Counted from the stretch's first letter, positions 10,021 through 22,044 are shown. The stretch is DNA of 64,000 nucleotides from Verrucomicrobiota bacterium (GCA_027622665.1 JAQBYT010000007.1:32001-96000); one strand, 5' to 3'. A program made the numbers and translations. Notes: a model not told the origin generated them from the sequence alone.

Positions 10021-11325
10021 ATGAAAGATAACGAAACGCAGAAAACGAATCGTCTTCATTCATCAAGGCTTCAAGTACGGCCGTGGCCGCCAGTGGACTT
10101 GCCTTTCCCAGTGTGACTTTCGGCAAGCCGGATAGCCGTAAACTGAAGATCGGGTACATCGGGTGCGGTGGGCGTGGCACGGGAGCCGCCACGCAGGCGA
10201 TGAATGCCGACAGCAACGTCGAGCTATGGGCGATGGGCGATGTTTCACAGTCTCGTCTGGATAGCAGCTTTAAATCAGTCAAGGGCAGTCATGGCGACAA
10301 GGTGAACGTCGACCCAAAACGTCAATTCGTTGGTCTCGACGCCTAGAGCAAAGTGCTCGATAGCGGAATCGACTTGGCAATATTGACCACCCCGCCCGGC
10401 TTTCGCCCTCAGCATTTCAAGGCGGCAGTGAATGCGGGAATGCACGTCTTTCTCGAGAAGCCCATGGCGACCGATGCCCCCGGTTTGCGTTCGGTCATGG
10501 AATCCGCCGAGCTTGCAAAGAAAAAGGGGCTATCGGTGGTAGCCGGCTTTTGCTGGCGTTACCATGAGGCTCGCCGGGAGTTCTACAAACGTATTCATGC
10601 CGGAGAGATCGGCGACTTGCTTTCCGTTTACGGCACCTACTATACGGGGCCCGTCAAGCCTATGCCCGAGGACTCTTCTCGAAAGGAAGATTGGAGCGAC
10701 ATCGAATGGCAGGTGCGCAACTGGTATAACTTCGCTTGGTGTGGTGGCGATGGATTGATCGAGCAGGCCGTGCACAGTGTAGACAAATTAGGCTGGGCTA
10801 TGAAGGACAAGCCACCTGTCAGTTGTGTAGCCGTGGGCGGTCGGCAGATTCCCAACAATTCAGGAAATATATTCGATCACTTCGAGATCAATTATCTCAA
10901 CGACGAAGGTGTTCGGAGTTATCTAGGTTGTCGCCAGCAACGAGGTTGCCACAACGAGAACAACGACTACCAGCTCGGAACCGAGGGTAGGGCAGAGATC
11001 GCAGGTGGACGTTGTGTCATTCACCATCAGAAGGGTCGCTGGGATTACCGGGGACCTCAGCCGAACATGTATCAAGTGGAGCACGACGAGATGTACCTCG
11101 CGATTCGCAGAGGTGAGCCGATCAATGACGGCCAGCGCATGTGCACCAGTACCCATGATGGCTCTCATGGGAAGAATGGCTGCTTATACCGGCCGTCAGG
11201 TTAGTTGGGATATGGCCATGAATTCCCAAGAGGATCGTTTCCCAAAGGATTTGAACTGGAATACGGGCAAGCACGAGGTTCCGCCTCTGGCTACCCCTGG
11301 AATCAGTCAAACTAAGTGGGGCTGA
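10021..11325 (+). pseudogene. Tat-exported Gfo/Idh/MocA oxidoreductase with three lesions
   Basis: 1-nt deletion near 10054 in the RR of the Tat signal; in-frame TAG at 10344-10346 (GLDA*SKVLD); +1 frameshift near 11155. Fragments carry IGCGGRGTGA, TTPPGFRP, HVFLEKP, IEQAVH, GRMAAYTG. Confidence 0.85.
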
Positions 11326-11428
11326 GCCCTCGAACTGCTTTTCAGGCTACGCTCTAGGTCGCCGCGGAGTGACCCGAATGAGCCTGAATTGTAATTTTAG
11401 GCAAAAGGCTAAATACTCTTTTACCCAC

Positions 11429-11457
11429 TTGCCAATTGTGGGTTTGAGAGTTATATA
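11429..11457 (+). promoter_or_regulatory. Possible sigma70 promoter for typA (near-leaderless transcript)
   Basis: TTGCCA-17 nt-TATATA ending 8 nt before ATG 11466; pattern match only. Confidence 0.3.
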
Positions 11458-11465
11458 AGGATGGC

Positions 11466-13307
11466 ATGTCAGATAGCTCCATCACCTCGGATCGCATCCG
11501 AAATATTGCCATCATAGCGCATGTCGATCACGGCAAGACTACTCTCGTCGACCAAATGCTGAAGCATTCCGGAGCCTTCCGGGAAAATCAGGTATTGGAG
11601 GATCGAGCCATGGATTCGATGGACCAGGAGCGTGAGCGAGGCATTACCATCAAGGCAAAAAATACATCGGTGAGGTGGAAGGACCACCTCGTTAACATCG
11701 TAGATACTCCTGGTCATGCCGATTTCGGAGGAGAGGTGGAGCGTGTTATGAAGATGGTCGATGGCGTCATGCTAGTGGTCGACGCCTATGAAGGTCCGCA
11801 GGCTCAAACTCGATTTGTTTTGAAAAAAGCCTTGGCCGCTGGCCTTACCCCGATCGTCTTCGTAAACAAGATCGATCGACCCAACGCTCAACCGATCGAA
11901 GTACAGGATAAAGTTCTCGAGCTCTTTCTCGATCTTGATGCCAGCGATGAGCAATTTAATGCACCTTTTCTCTACGGCAGCGCCAGGGACGGTTTTACAG
12001 TCAAGCACCCGGATGATTCTCCCGAAGGTATGACGCTTCTTTTCGAGACCATTCTATCCACTATTCCCGCCCCCGCGATCGAAGAGGGTGGGGCATTCAA
12101 GATGCTTGTGTCGAATATCGATTGGTCCGACTACGTGGGCCGTATCGCAATTGGTAAGATCCTCTCCGGATCAGCTGTTATTGGTGATGCCGTTTGGCGT
12201 TTGCACTCTGACAGGGCTCCTCAGCGAGGAAAGATTTCAAAAGTATTCGAATACACTGCCCTTTCCTCTCAGGAAACATCCGAAGGCGTTGCGGGGAACA
12301 TCGTAGGAATTTCCGGTTTCGAAGACGTCGACATCGGTGAAACGATTGGAGGGAACGAGGAGATTGAACCCATACCTTTCGTCGAGATCGATCCTCCCAC
12401 GGTGATGATGTCCTTTTCGGTGAACGATGGTCCCTTCGCCGGATTGGAGGGTGCTCGCGTCACCTCACGTGAAATTCGCGAACGTTTAGTACGCGAAGCT
12501 CGCACAAACATTTCCATTAAGTTGGAAGACACCGACAATGCCGTAGAGTTCAAGGTCAGCGCGCGTGGGGCTATGCAGGTCGCGGTCGTTGTTGAAGAGA
12601 TGCGCAGGGAAGGTTTCGAGCTACTGGTCTCTCGTCCCACCGTCATCAAGAAGCAGATCAACGGCAAATGGCACGAACCTTTTGAAACCGTCTACTTGGA
12701 AGTCCCCGACGAAGCCGTCGGGGGATGCATGCAGGCACTGGCCAACCGTAAGGGGTTGGTTGAGAACATGTCTTCCAAGAATGACCGCACATCTCTTGAG
12801 GCGACGATTCCCACCCGCGGCTTGATTGGTTTCGAATTTGAACTGCTCAACCTCACCAGTGGAGAGGGAATCATGTCCCACTTGTTCAAGGAGTATCGCC
12901 CCGACAGCGGTGACATCCGTACTCGTCGCACAGGCACTTTGGTTTCCTTGGAGAAAGGCGAGTGCATGACGTACTCTTTGCACAACATGGAAACTCGCGG
13001 CAAACTTTTCATAGGCCCCGGCGACCAGGTGTACCCCGGCATGGTAGTGGGAGAAAATCCTCGCACCGAAGATCTTCCCGTCAATCCGACCAAAGCCAAG
13101 CACGTTACCAACCATCGGGCTGCAGGCAGCGACAACACCGTTACCCTTACGCCTCCCATCCGATTTTCCTTGGAACGCGCCATCGAGTACATCGCCCCCG
13201 ACGAACTGGTGGAAGTCACTCCCAAAAGTATTCGTCTTCGCAAACACCTTCTCGACTTCAACGAACGGAAAAGAGCCACCAAGCGAGCCGCTCTTGCGAC
13301 TGTTTGA
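11466..13307 (+). CDS. typA: Translational GTPase TypA/BipA
   Basis: [65 protein letters not shown]. Confidence 0.97.
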   Translation: MSDSSITSDRIRNIAIIAHVDHGKTTLVDQMLKHSGAFRENQVLEDRAMDSMDQERERGITIKAKNTSVRWKDHLVNIVDTPGHADFGGEVERVMKMVDGVMLVVDAYEGPQAQTRFVLKKALAAGLTPIVFVNKIDRPNAQPIEVQDKVLELFLDLDASDEQFNAPFLYGSARDGFTVKHPDDSPEGMTLLFETILSTIPAPAIEEGGAFKMLVSNIDWSDYVGRIAIGKILSGSAVIGDAVWRLHSDRAPQRGKISKVFEYTALSSQETSEGVAGNIVGISGFEDVDIGETIGGNEEIEPIPFVEIDPPTVMMSFSVNDGPFAGLEGARVTSREIRERLVREARTNISIKLEDTDNAVEFKVSARGAMQVAVVVEEMRREGFELLVSRPTVIKKQINGKWHEPFETVYLEVPDEAVGGCMQALANRKGLVENMSSKNDRTSLEATIPTRGLIGFEFELLNLTSGEGIMSHLFKEYRPDSGDIRTRRTGTLVSLEKGECMTYSLHNMETRGKLFIGPGDQVYPGMVVGENPRTEDLPVNPTKAKHVTNHRAAGSDNTVTLTPPIRFSLERAIEYIAPDELVEVTPKSIRLRKHLLDFNERKRATKRAALATV

Positions 13308-13538
13308 CTTGATGAACTGACTTCGTCTGTCAAGGGACCTCAAGTCCCACTCGACAGCCGTAAAGATATCTTCATTCTACCACCCTTCTCCTTTATCGAA
13401 TTCGCAGCCATATCGAATTTCCTATTTGTATTCTCCGTCTTTCGATATTTGATTTGGACAAACCGAGCCCGTGAATGTTCATCTTCAGCGGGCACGGCTT
13501 TTAGTCAGTAGTAATAATTCAAATTAGGAGGATCGAAT

Positions 13539-13889
13539 ATGGCTTGGTATGCATTGAAGACATTATTGACTGCAGGGATCGTCGTACTGGTTTCGGAAGT
13601 GGCTAAGCAAAAGGCGATCTTGGGCAGCTTGATTGCATCGTTACCCTTGGTTTCCGTTCTTGGAATGCTTTGGCTTTATGGTGAAACACAGGATTCGGAA
13701 AGGTTGATCAAGCATTCAGAGGGCACTTTCTGGTATGTTATTCCGTCCTTGCCGATGTTTCTGTTCCTTCCGTGGCTAATGCGGAAGGGAGTAGGGTTTT
13801 ACGGAGCCCTTGGGGCCGGTTTGGTTCTGACGCTGGCCCTTTATCTTTTGACGGCCAAGCTCATGTCCAAGTTCGGGATGAACCTGTGA
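13539..13889 (+). CDS. DUF3147-like small membrane protein
   Basis: VSEVAK...LIASLPLVSVLGMLWLY...TFWYVIPSLPMF; AGGAGG Shine-Dalgarno upstream. Confidence 0.8.
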   Translation: MAWYALKTLLTAGIVVLVSEVAKQKAILGSLIASLPLVSVLGMLWLYGETQDSERLIKHSEGTFWYVIPSLPMFLFLPWLMRKGVGFYGALGAGLVLTLALYLLTAKLMSKFGMNL

Positions 13890-14243
13890 TCAATCATCGA
13901 ACCATTCGTCTTCTTCGTCGAAGGCGGGTACAGGAACGTTTATGATCTTCAGCTTGCCCACTGCTCGGTGTCGGCATCCCGGCTTTATGAGGACAGCCGA
14001 TCCGGGGCTTACGGGAACGGACTCGCCGTCTAGCTCGAAGTTTCCTTCGCCCTCCAGCACATAGTATATTTCAGTCATTTTCTTGTGGTAGTGAACGCGA
14101 CTATTCTGGGAAATCTCCACGACGTGCATAGAGGCTACGGAATTATCGGGTGCGACGAATGCTCGTTTGGAAGTGCCGCAAGGGCAGGGCGTACCTTTGA
14201 TCGAAGCGAAGTCGGCAAGCTGGTAATTCTTTTCTTTGCTCAT
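13890..14243 (-). CDS. Cupin domain protein
   Basis: CPCG, HYHKKMTEIYYVLEGEG, PGCRHRA cupin motifs. Confidence 0.88.
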   Translation of the reverse strand: MSKEKNYQLADFASIKGTPCPCGTSKRAFVAPDNSVASMHVVEISQNSRVHYHKKMTEIYYVLEGEGNFELDGESVPVSPGSAVLIKPGCRHRAVGKLKIINVPVPAFDEEDEWFDD

Positions 14244-14333
14244 GAATGGTATTTCTTCTCTTAGCTCCTTCTCGGCGAGACTTTTATTGCTTTTGACTTC
14301 AGGTCTTCGCGTGAAGAGGCTAGTCTTGCCTTT

Positions 14334-14735
14334 ATGAAATATTTGTTCTTTGCGGCTGGATTATTGGGAGCTTCGGGTGTGCTTTTGGGAGCTCTTGCCG
14401 CTCATGGGTTGCGTGAGGTGTTCGAGGTCGACCCCAGAAAGGGAGAAGCTTTTGGGACTGCCGTGGATTATCACTTGCTGCATGCGGTGGGACTGTTAGC
14501 GCTTTCCGTTGCCGTCGGAAGTAAAAACGAAGTTTTTGCCAGACGGAGCAGAAAGGCGGGGTGGATCATGGTGATCGGAACCTGCCTGTTTTGCGGTACT
14601 ATCTACGCATGGGCTTTGGGCGGACCGAAGTGGTTGGTGCATGTTACGCCTTTGGGTGGAGTAACCTTGGTGGTATCATGGATAATGGTGGCTTGGGCGG
14701 GACTCGCATTGACTAGGGGAGGGAACTCTGTTTAA
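14334..14735 (+). CDS. DUF423 (YgdD/TMEM256) family membrane protein
   Basis: GALAAHGL, TAVDYHLLHA, GTCLFCGTIY, VTPLGG. Confidence 0.88.
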   Translation: MKYLFFAAGLLGASGVLLGALAAHGLREVFEVDPRKGEAFGTAVDYHLLHAVGLLALSVAVGSKNEVFARRSRKAGWIMVIGTCLFCGTIYAWALGGPKWLVHVTPLGGVTLVVSWIMVAWAGLALTRGGNSV

Positions 14736-14743
14736 ATCATCTT

Positions 14744-16063
14744 ATGTCTAACAAAATTCTGATTACCTCGATATGGGCAGCCAGCGTGGCTCTCGCCTAT
14801 TGGCTAGGACTTGAAGGTGGAAGCGAGTTCCCTGCCTCCAATGAGAAGTCGAAGGGTGGCGGAGAGATTGCCAGTGGGCCTCTTTCAACTGTGAAAAACA
14901 CACCCAAGTCGCCCTCTCCGACAGGCTTGAATGCTAGTACGATTGGCTCTCGACAGGAAGAAGTCTCCAAGGCACTGGCTTCAAGCCTTGTGACGGTCGA
15001 CGAACGCCTTGAGGTCGAGTCGAAGCAAAAGTCTTTGCTCAAGCGTCTCCGGTCTGGCAATCCCGTGGAGCGCCTAGCTGCATTCACCGAGGTTCTCAAC
15101 GATCCGACATCGGCCAATCTGTCGTCTGCAATAGACGCCTATAAAGCTTTGCCTGAAGGTCATACTCGTTTCAGTGAACTGCGCTTGCTCACTTATGCGT
15201 GGTCTCAAGTGGATCCTGCCGGAGCCTTGGAGTGGGTCGGGCAGTTGGAGCGTTTTGAAAAGCATATTGGTTCCAGTTCGGTTCTTGATGCTTGGTCCCG
15301 AAATGATCCCAATGCGGCCATCGAATGGGCGAAGAGCAATTACGAAGGAGACGACAACCCTTACTTTCCCGGTATTATTAGTGGAATGGCTGAAAAGGAT
15401 TTTGCCGGAGCAACTCAATTGATGGAGTCCATGCCCTATGGTCGAAATCGCGGAAGAGCCGCATCCATGATGTTGGAAAAAGTCTGGAACAAGGGAGAAG
15501 ATGCGGCCGTCAACTGGGCGAACGAACTGGAATCCGATAGCTTGAAGGAGTTTGCCGTCGGACGATTGGCCGAAAAGATTGCTCGCGAGGATCTGGATCG
15601 CGCCGCGGGTTGGGCAGGCCGGATGGAGGAGGGCGAAATAAAGCGTCGTGCAGTGGAGTCCGTCGCTGATCATTGGGCGGAAAAAGATCCTGTGGCTGCA
15701 GCTGAGTGGGTGGACGGATTACCTAAAGGTGCCAGTCGTTCGGAAGGGATGCAGGAAGTTGTTCGCGAATGGGCTCGCAAGGACCCCGCCGCTACCGCCG
15801 AGTGGTTGAACAAGTACCCGGCCGGTGTTGAGATGGATAAGCCAGTGGAGGCCTTTGTACGATCCGTGGCTCAGAAAGATCCTCAGAATGCCCTTACCTG
15901 GGCGGAGTCCATTTCGGATGAAAAAAGGCGCGAGGAGGTGGTCAAAGACGTGAATCGCGTGATTGAACGCCAGCAGGCTGCTGCTGCCGCAGGAGAAGCA
16001 CCTCGCTCCGACAACCGTGGGCGTGGCGGACGTGGCGGGCCTTCTTTCGGTTCTCCTCGCTGA
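14744..16063 (+). CDS. Membrane-anchored/exported helical repeat protein
   Basis: N-terminal hydrophobic anchor; about 8 repeats of ~37 aa with W-x3-DP-x2-A-x2-W; Arg/Gly-rich tail. Confidence 0.8.
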   Translation: MSNKILITSIWAASVALAYWLGLEGGSEFPASNEKSKGGGEIASGPLSTVKNTPKSPSPTGLNASTIGSRQEEVSKALASSLVTVDERLEVESKQKSLLKRLRSGNPVERLAAFTEVLNDPTSANLSSAIDAYKALPEGHTRFSELRLLTYAWSQVDPAGALEWVGQLERFEKHIGSSSVLDAWSRNDPNAAIEWAKSNYEGDDNPYFPGIISGMAEKDFAGATQLMESMPYGRNRGRAASMMLEKVWNKGEDAAVNWANELESDSLKEFAVGRLAEKIAREDLDRAAGWAGRMEEGEIKRRAVESVADHWAEKDPVAAAEWVDGLPKGASRSEGMQEVVREWARKDPAATAEWLNKYPAGVEMDKPVEAFVRSVAQKDPQNALTWAESISDEKRREEVVKDVNRVIERQQAAAAAGEAPRSDNRGRGGRGGPSFGSPR

Positions 16064-16177
16064 GTAATCCCTTCGGACGAAGCCCGTTCTGGTTTCGGCG
16101 TTGCAAATACGCCTGATACCGGCATTTCACATCCTTCACGTTCGTAGGCGAAAACCTGTTTTGAAATTGTCGCATAG

Positions 16178-16651
16178 ATGAAGTTCGAATTTACGCAGAA
16201 AGAGTACCGCACCCTGGTGGATATCCTCACGTTGTCGGGTATGATTTTAGATGCATATGGCCGGGGTGAAGATAGCTCCAGAAAAGGCTGCTTCGAGCTG
16301 GAGCAAAAGATTTACTCATATTTCGAGGACGTGGGATCTCGGGATTTGATTATGCGTGACCCGTCGACCGGTCAGTACGTTCGGAAATGGTCTAGTGATC
16401 GCAGTGAAACCATAGTGAAGATCCTCGACGAATACGTGGATGCTTCCTTTTGGGAAGAACTTATTGTTCGCATGGCGGAAAGAGATATGTTGGCCGACCT
16501 TGAACTCCAGGGCAAAGATCAATCCAAACTGACACTTGAAGAGCGTGAAACCTTGCTGCGGAAATACGGGGATCGTTACGATAGGGAGTTCCGGTCCAAT
16601 GGGCTGAAAAGCATAATTTCACGAAGCGAGTCTTCGGAAGGCACCAATTAA
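16178..16651 (+). CDS. Hypothetical protein
   Basis: 157-aa ORF co-oriented with its neighbours; acidic; FWEELIVRMAERD. Confidence 0.7.
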   Translation: MKFEFTQKEYRTLVDILTLSGMILDAYGRGEDSSRKGCFELEQKIYSYFEDVGSRDLIMRDPSTGQYVRKWSSDRSETIVKILDEYVDASFWEELIVRMAERDMLADLELQGKDQSKLTLEERETLLRKYGDRYDREFRSNGLKSIISRSESSEGTN

Positions 16652-16665
16652 TCAACCTTCCTCTA

Positions 16666-17457
16666 ATGAATGCTTCGAACAAGGTTCTGCTCGGTGCTAG
16701 CGGTCTTTCGGTGGAGCGAGACAGTTTGATCCTCCGCGACGTCGATTGGACGGTTCGGAAAGGAGAACACTGGGTTATCCTGGGCGCGAATGGATCCGGC
16801 AAGAGCACACTACTGAATGTCTTCAACGCTTTCATGGCTCCAACAACGGGCCGGCTTTTCGCCTTTGGCCGCGAGTACGGCGAGGACGACTGGAACGAGG
16901 TCAAGACGGGCATCGGATACGTAGGAAGTGAAATCAACCGCATGATCGAGCACGGGGAGTCAGCTCTCGACGTCATCGTCAGCGGAGCTCGGGCAATGAT
17001 CAATTTCTGGGGAGAAGTCGACCCCAAGGAGCAACGAGCGGCCTCTCACATTCTTCGCCAAATCGGTTGCGGTCATCTTCGTGAACGGCACTGGCAACAG
17101 TTTTCTCAAGGCGAACGCCAAAAACTTCTTTTCGGTCGCGCTCTCATGGCCAAGCCAAAGGCGCTCTTTCTCGATGAACCTTGCGCCGGACTCGATCCGG
17201 TCGCTCGCGCAAGCTACCTTGCCTTCATGGAAACTAACATGGCAAAGCCTAAAGGCCCTGCTCTTATTCTCGTGACCCATCACATCGAGGAGATCACTCC
17301 TGGCTTCACTCACGCCTTGCTCTTGCGCGAAGGGTCTGTCGTGGCTTCCGGTCCGAAAGGAGAAATCCTCACTTCCGCCAACCTTTCCGCAACCTTCGAC
17401 ACCTCTGTTCGTTTGCGCCGAAAGAACGATCGCTATTCGATGACTCTCGCAAAGTAG
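16666..17457 (+). CDS. ABC transporter ATP-binding protein (YlmA/ModF-like), no adjacent permease
   Basis: Walker A GANGSGKS, FSQGE signature variant, Walker B LFLDE, ILVTHH. Confidence 0.88.
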   Translation: MNASNKVLLGASGLSVERDSLILRDVDWTVRKGEHWVILGANGSGKSTLLNVFNAFMAPTTGRLFAFGREYGEDDWNEVKTGIGYVGSEINRMIEHGESALDVIVSGARAMINFWGEVDPKEQRAASHILRQIGCGHLRERHWQQFSQGERQKLLFGRALMAKPKALFLDEPCAGLDPVARASYLAFMETNMAKPKGPALILVTHHIEEITPGFTHALLLREGSVVASGPKGEILTSANLSATFDTSVRLRRKNDRYSMTLAK

Positions 17458-17558
17458 CGCTTTTTTGAAAGGTGATTCATCTAGTGTAGAGTCATGATTA
17501 TGATACCTGTTTTCTTTTCCATTGGACTCATTTTCTAGTATTCTTAGGATATTTCATC

Positions 17559-20500
17559 GTGTTTCCTTTTTGTTTTAGAAAGCTCTTTTTGATATCTGGC
17601 CTTGCCGCCACCGTTTATGGCGTGGATTTCAATCGTGAGGTTCGCCCTATCCTGTCGGAGCATTGCTTCCAGTGCCACGGGTTGGACCAACAAAAGAGCA
17701 AGCTGCGGCTTGACTTCGAGGAATTTGCCCACAAAGGCGGCAAGTCCGGCCTAGCGGCGGTGGCTCCCGGCAAGCCCGATCACAGCGAAATTATTCACCG
17801 CGTGACTGATCGAGACGAGGACCGAATGCCGCCGAAGGGGAAGGGTTTGTCCCAAGGACAGGTCGAGGTCTTGCGTCGCTGGATAGGGGAGGGCGGAAAG
17901 TACGACAAGCACTGGGCCTATGTTTTCCCAAAACGTTCGGTCTTGCCCACGGTCAAGGCCAAAGAGCGTGTTGCCAATGCCATCGATAATTTCACTTTGC
18001 GTCGTCTTGAGGAGCACGGCCTGACTTTTTCCGCACCTGCCGACAAGGCCCGCTGGCTTCGCCGCGCAAGCTTGGATCTGCTTGGATTGCCCCCCACGGT
18101 GGAACAATTAGACGCTTTCTTGGGCGACGATTCGGAAAACGCTCGCGAAAAGGTGGTGGATGCCTTGCAGCAGTCGCCTCGCTACGGTGAGCATTGGGCC
18201 AGACAATGGCTCGACCTGGCGCGCTACGCTGACTCCAACGGCTTTCAAGCCGATCAATTACGGGATAGCTGGGCCTTTCGCGACTGGGTGATCGATGCAA
18301 TGAACGACGACATGCCGTTCGACCAGTTCACTATCGAGCAAATCGCCGGCGACCTCCTGCCTAAGGCGACTTTTTCCCAAAAGGTGGCGACTGGGTTTCA
18401 CCGCACGCCTACCTGTAACGTGGAGGCAGGGGTGCATCCCGAGGAAAACCGCGTCAACCAAGTGGTCGACCGGGTTAACGCCACCGGCACCACTTGGCTG
18501 GGAACCACCATGGAGTGCGCCCAGTGCCACAGTCACAAGTACGATCCCGTTTCCCAGAAAGAGTATTACCAGCTCTTCGCCTTCTTCAACAACACGCCGC
18601 TCGAGGTGAAGGGCGGAGGGGTCAGCTTCGATTTTTGGGGTCCCACCATGGACTTGCCCTCCGACATGGTCCGCAACGGGAAAAAAAAGACCGCAGAGGC
18701 TGCACTGAAAGCCAAGAAAAAGGAACTGGTTGCCGCTAAAAAGGCTGCCGAGGCGAAATTCGAGGACTGGCTCGTTTCCCAACGCAAGAAACTGGGCAAG
18801 GAGAAGGGCTCATCCATTTGGGCGGTGCTCAAGCCGACCAAATGGAAGTCGAGCGGCAAGGAAACCTTCACCTTGCAGGACGACGACAGTTTGCTGGCTG
18901 GTGGCACATCCGGTGACAAGTCGATTTACGAGATCGAGACTGAGGCCCCTAAAGGTCGGTTGGCCTCCCTCCGCTTCGAAACCTTGCTCCATGACAGTTT
19001 GCCGAGTAAGGGCCCGGGCCGCAACCGGACCAATTCTAATCCCAACTTCGTGCTCAACGAGTTGACCGTTTCCCTGCTCGAGCCGGGCAAGAAACCCATG
19101 CCCCTCAAGCTGACCCGAGCCAAGGTCGACTTTTCCCAAGGCAACTTTTCGGCCAACGGCCTGATCGACGGCAAACGCGACCTCAGCAGCGCCTGGGCCA
19201 TTTCTCCCGAGTTCGGCAAGGCCCATTGGGCGACCATGGATCTGGCGAAGCCGGTTGAGCCGGCCCTCGGTTCCAAGCTGATCTTCAAGCTGGAGCACCT
19301 CTATGGGGGCGGTCGCAACGTGGGTCGGCCTCGTTTCTCCGCCTCCCCGGAACCCGCTCGGCAACCCGCTTTGCCCAAGGAGATCGCGGACCTCCTGCGG
19401 AAGCCCAAGCCGACCGACAGGGAAACAAAGAAACTGCTGGGCCGCTACCTCAAGAGCGACGACGAATTGGCCGAGCTGGAAAAAGTGCTGGCTGCGGCCA
19501 AGAAGAAGGTCGACGCGATCAAGCCGGCCACCACCTTGGTCATGGTAGAGATGGACAAGTCGCGCGAAACACGCGTCATGTCGCGAGGCAACTACCTAGA
19601 TCCCAAGCAAAAGGTGGCTCCGGGCACACCCGCCGCACTCCACCCGTGGAAGAAGGAATGGCCCGCCAACCGGCTTGGGTTCGCTCAATGGTTGGTGGAT
19701 CCCGCCAACCCGCTTGTGGCCCGCGTGACGGTGAATCGATGGTGGGGACAGTTCTTCGGGAGCGGCATCGTCTCGACCGAGGAAGATTTCGGTTCCCAAT
19801 GCGAACCACCAACGCACCCCGATTTGCTCGACTGGCTGGCGGTGGAGTTCATGGAGAACGGCTGGTCGATGAAGAAGCTGCACAAGACAATCGTTCTCAG
19901 CGCTACCTACGGACAGAGCTCGCGGGTCACTCCCAAGCTGTTGGAAAAAGACCCGAACAATTTGTGGTTCGCTCGCGGGCCGCGCTTCCGCCTGACCGCC
20001 GAAATGATTCGCGATAACGCCCTTCGTATTTCAGGCCTCTTGAGCGAAAAGATGGGTGGCTCCCCCATTTACCCCCCGCAACCCGACGGTCTTTGGCGGC
20101 AGACGGGGCGCAACGAGCCGAAATACGTCGCCGCCACAAACCAGGACCGCTTTCGTCGCGGCATATACGTCATTTGGAGGCGCGCCGCGCCTTATCCTAG
20201 TTTCGTCAATTTCGACGGACCCGACCGCTCTGCCTGTCATCCCAAGCGCAGTCGTACCAACACCCCCTTGCAGGCTCTCACCTTGCTTAACGACGAGGCT
20301 TACGTCGAGATGGCCTTGGGCCTCGCCGTTCGTGTATTGGAGGACAAGCCGAAGACGGACCTCGATGAACGCCTCCGCTACGCTTTCCGCCGTACCCTTG
20401 CCCGCGAGCCTGATGCCCGCGAGCTGGCCGTTTTGAGAGAACTGCACGCGGGCGAACTGTCACGTTTGAGCGAGGACAAGGTAGCGGCCAAGAAGTTGCT

Positions 20501-20615
20501 CGACGGGATAAAGGTGATCAAGTTCTCCGCCAAGCTCGATCCGAACCAGTTGGCGGCTTGGTTCTTCGTGGCGAACGCCTTGTTGAATCTAGACGAAACC
20601 GTGACTAAGGGATAA
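17559..20615 (+). CDS. Planctomycete cytochrome c + DUF1549/DUF1553 (PSD1) domain protein
   Basis: [20 protein letters not shown] (CxxCH), [61 protein letters not shown]. Confidence 0.92.
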   Translation: MFPFCFRKLFLISGLAATVYGVDFNREVRPILSEHCFQCHGLDQQKSKLRLDFEEFAHKGGKSGLAAVAPGKPDHSEIIHRVTDRDEDRMPPKGKGLSQGQVEVLRRWIGEGGKYDKHWAYVFPKRSVLPTVKAKERVANAIDNFTLRRLEEHGLTFSAPADKARWLRRASLDLLGLPPTVEQLDAFLGDDSENAREKVVDALQQSPRYGEHWARQWLDLARYADSNGFQADQLRDSWAFRDWVIDAMNDDMPFDQFTIEQIAGDLLPKATFSQKVATGFHRTPTCNVEAGVHPEENRVNQVVDRVNATGTTWLGTTMECAQCHSHKYDPVSQKEYYQLFAFFNNTPLEVKGGGVSFDFWGPTMDLPSDMVRNGKKKTAEAALKAKKKELVAAKKAAEAKFEDWLVSQRKKLGKEKGSSIWAVLKPTKWKSSGKETFTLQDDDSLLAGGTSGDKSIYEIETEAPKGRLASLRFETLLHDSLPSKGPGRNRTNSNPNFVLNELTVSLLEPGKKPMPLKLTRAKVDFSQGNFSANGLIDGKRDLSSAWAISPEFGKAHWATMDLAKPVEPALGSKLIFKLEHLYGGGRNVGRPRFSASPEPARQPALPKEIADLLRKPKPTDRETKKLLGRYLKSDDELAELEKVLAAAKKKVDAIKPATTLVMVEMDKSRETRVMSRGNYLDPKQKVAPGTPAALHPWKKEWPANRLGFAQWLVDPANPLVARVTVNRWWGQFFGSGIVSTEEDFGSQCEPPTHPDLLDWLAVEFMENGWSMKKLHKTIVLSATYGQSSRVTPKLLEKDPNNLWFARGPRFRLTAEMIRDNALRISGLLSEKMGGSPIYPPQPDGLWRQTGRNEPKYVAATNQDRFRRGIYVIWRRAAPYPSFVNFDGPDRSACHPKRSRTNTPLQALTLLNDEAYVEMALGLAVRVLEDKPKTDLDERLRYAFRRTLAREPDARELAVLRELHAGELSRLSEDKVAAKKLLDGIKVIKFSAKLDPNQLAAWFFVANALLNLDETVTKG

Positions 20616-20625
20616 AGGAGCTTTC

Positions 20626-22044
20626 ATGCACCCAATCGACACTTGGCAGCGCAACCTGACGCGGCGGCAATTGTTCCAGCGCGTGGGGATGGGCGTGGGC
20701 GGTTTGGCATTGGCCGACCTAATGGCCCACGACCTCGGAGCCTCGCCCGCCACCAACCAGGTTAGCCACTTTGCTCCGAAAGCCAAGAGCGTGATCTATT
20801 TTCACTTGGTGGGCGCTCCTTCGCACCTCGACCTCTTCGATTACAAACCGGAGCTGCAGAAGCGCAGCGGCGAGCTTTGCCCCGCCGAGATGTTCGAGGG
20901 CAAGCAACTGGCCTTCATCCGCAAGCGTCCGACCTTGCTCGGCACGAGCAAGGACTCCAAGTTCAAGTTTCGCCGCTGCGGGCAATCCGGCATCATGATG
21001 TCGAACCTTCTCCCTCACTTGCAGACCTGTGCCGACGAGATGTGCTTCGTCCGCTCCCTGCGTACCGATCATTTCAACCATGCCCCCGCCCAAATGTTCA
21101 TGCAGACGGGATTCGAGCGCTTTGGCCGTCCTAGCCTCGGGGCATGGGCCAATTACGGTCTCGGCACCCCAAATTCCGACTTGCCCGGCTTCGTGGTGAT
21201 GGTCACGGGGCAATACCCGGGAGCCGGCAACAGTGCCTTCGGCAGCGGTTTCCTTCCCTCCGTCTACCAAGGGGTCGAGTTTCGCGGATCCGGGGATCCC
21301 GTGCTCTTTCTTTCCAATCCCAAGGGCGTCGGTCCAAAGGAACGTCGTCGGGTAGTCGAAGCGGTCAACAAGTTGAACCAACGCCAACTGGCCGACGTCG
21401 GCGATCCCGAGATAGCCACCCGTATCAGCCAGTACGAAATGGCATACCGCATGCAGACCAGCGTGCCCGAGCTGAAGGACCTTTCACGAGAGCCCAAGCG
21501 CGTCCTCGAGTCCTACGGGGCCAAGGTGGGCGGCTCCGGGTTCGCCAACAATTGCCTGCTCGCCCGCCGCATGGTGGAGCGTGGCGTGCGATTCGTTCAA
21601 CTCTTCGATCAAGGTTGGGATCACCACGGAGGGGTTTTCAACAGCCTGCCAGGCAAGGCAAAGCAGGTAGATCAGCCTATCGCCGCCCTCATCAAGGACC
21701 TCAAGGAGCGTGGCCTATTGGACGAGACCTTGGTGGTTTGGAGCGCCGAGTTCGGGCGCACCCCCATGGCCCAGGGCGACCGCAAAAGCATCGGGCGAGA
21801 CCACCACAAGGAAGGATTCACCGTCTGGATGGCCGGCGGTGGTGTAAAGGGAGGCCATGACTTCGGATCGACCGACGAACTAGGTTATGCCCCCGCCGAG
21901 AATCCTGTCCACGTACATGACTTCAACGCCACTATTCTGCACCTCCTCGGCATCGACCACGAGCAACTGACTTACCGTTTCCAGGGGCGCAAGTTTCGCC
22001 TCACCGATGTCCACGGTCATGTCATCCGCGACCTGTTGACTTGA
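20626..22044 (+). CDS. DUF1501 domain protein (Tat signal)
   Basis: TRRQLF Tat motif, [52 protein letters not shown]. Confidence 0.93.
   Translation: MHPIDTWQRNLTRRQLFQRVGMGVGGLALADLMAHDLGASPATNQVSHFAPKAKSVIYFHLVGAPSHLDLFDYKPELQKRSGELCPAEMFEGKQLAFIRKRPTLLGTSKDSKFKFRRCGQSGIMMSNLLPHLQTCADEMCFVRSLRTDHFNHAPAQMFMQTGFERFGRPSLGAWANYGLGTPNSDLPGFVVMVTGQYPGAGNSAFGSGFLPSVYQGVEFRGSGDPVLFLSNPKGVGPKERRRVVEAVNKLNQRQLADVGDPEIATRISQYEMAYRMQTSVPELKDLSREPKRVLESYGAKVGGSGFANNCLLARRMVERGVRFVQLFDQGWDHHGGVFNSLPGKAKQVDQPIAALIKDLKERGLLDETLVVWSAEFGRTPMAQGDRKSIGRDHHKEGFTVWMAGGGVKGGHDFGSTDELGYAPAENPVHVHDFNATILHLLGIDHEQLTYRFQGRKFRLTDVHGHVIRDLLT

Noticed and set aside
10344..10346. In-frame TAG as programmed readthrough or alternative genetic code
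   Set aside because: The same gene has two frameshifts, and TAG terminates other genes normally (e.g. 8898, 17457, 43780).
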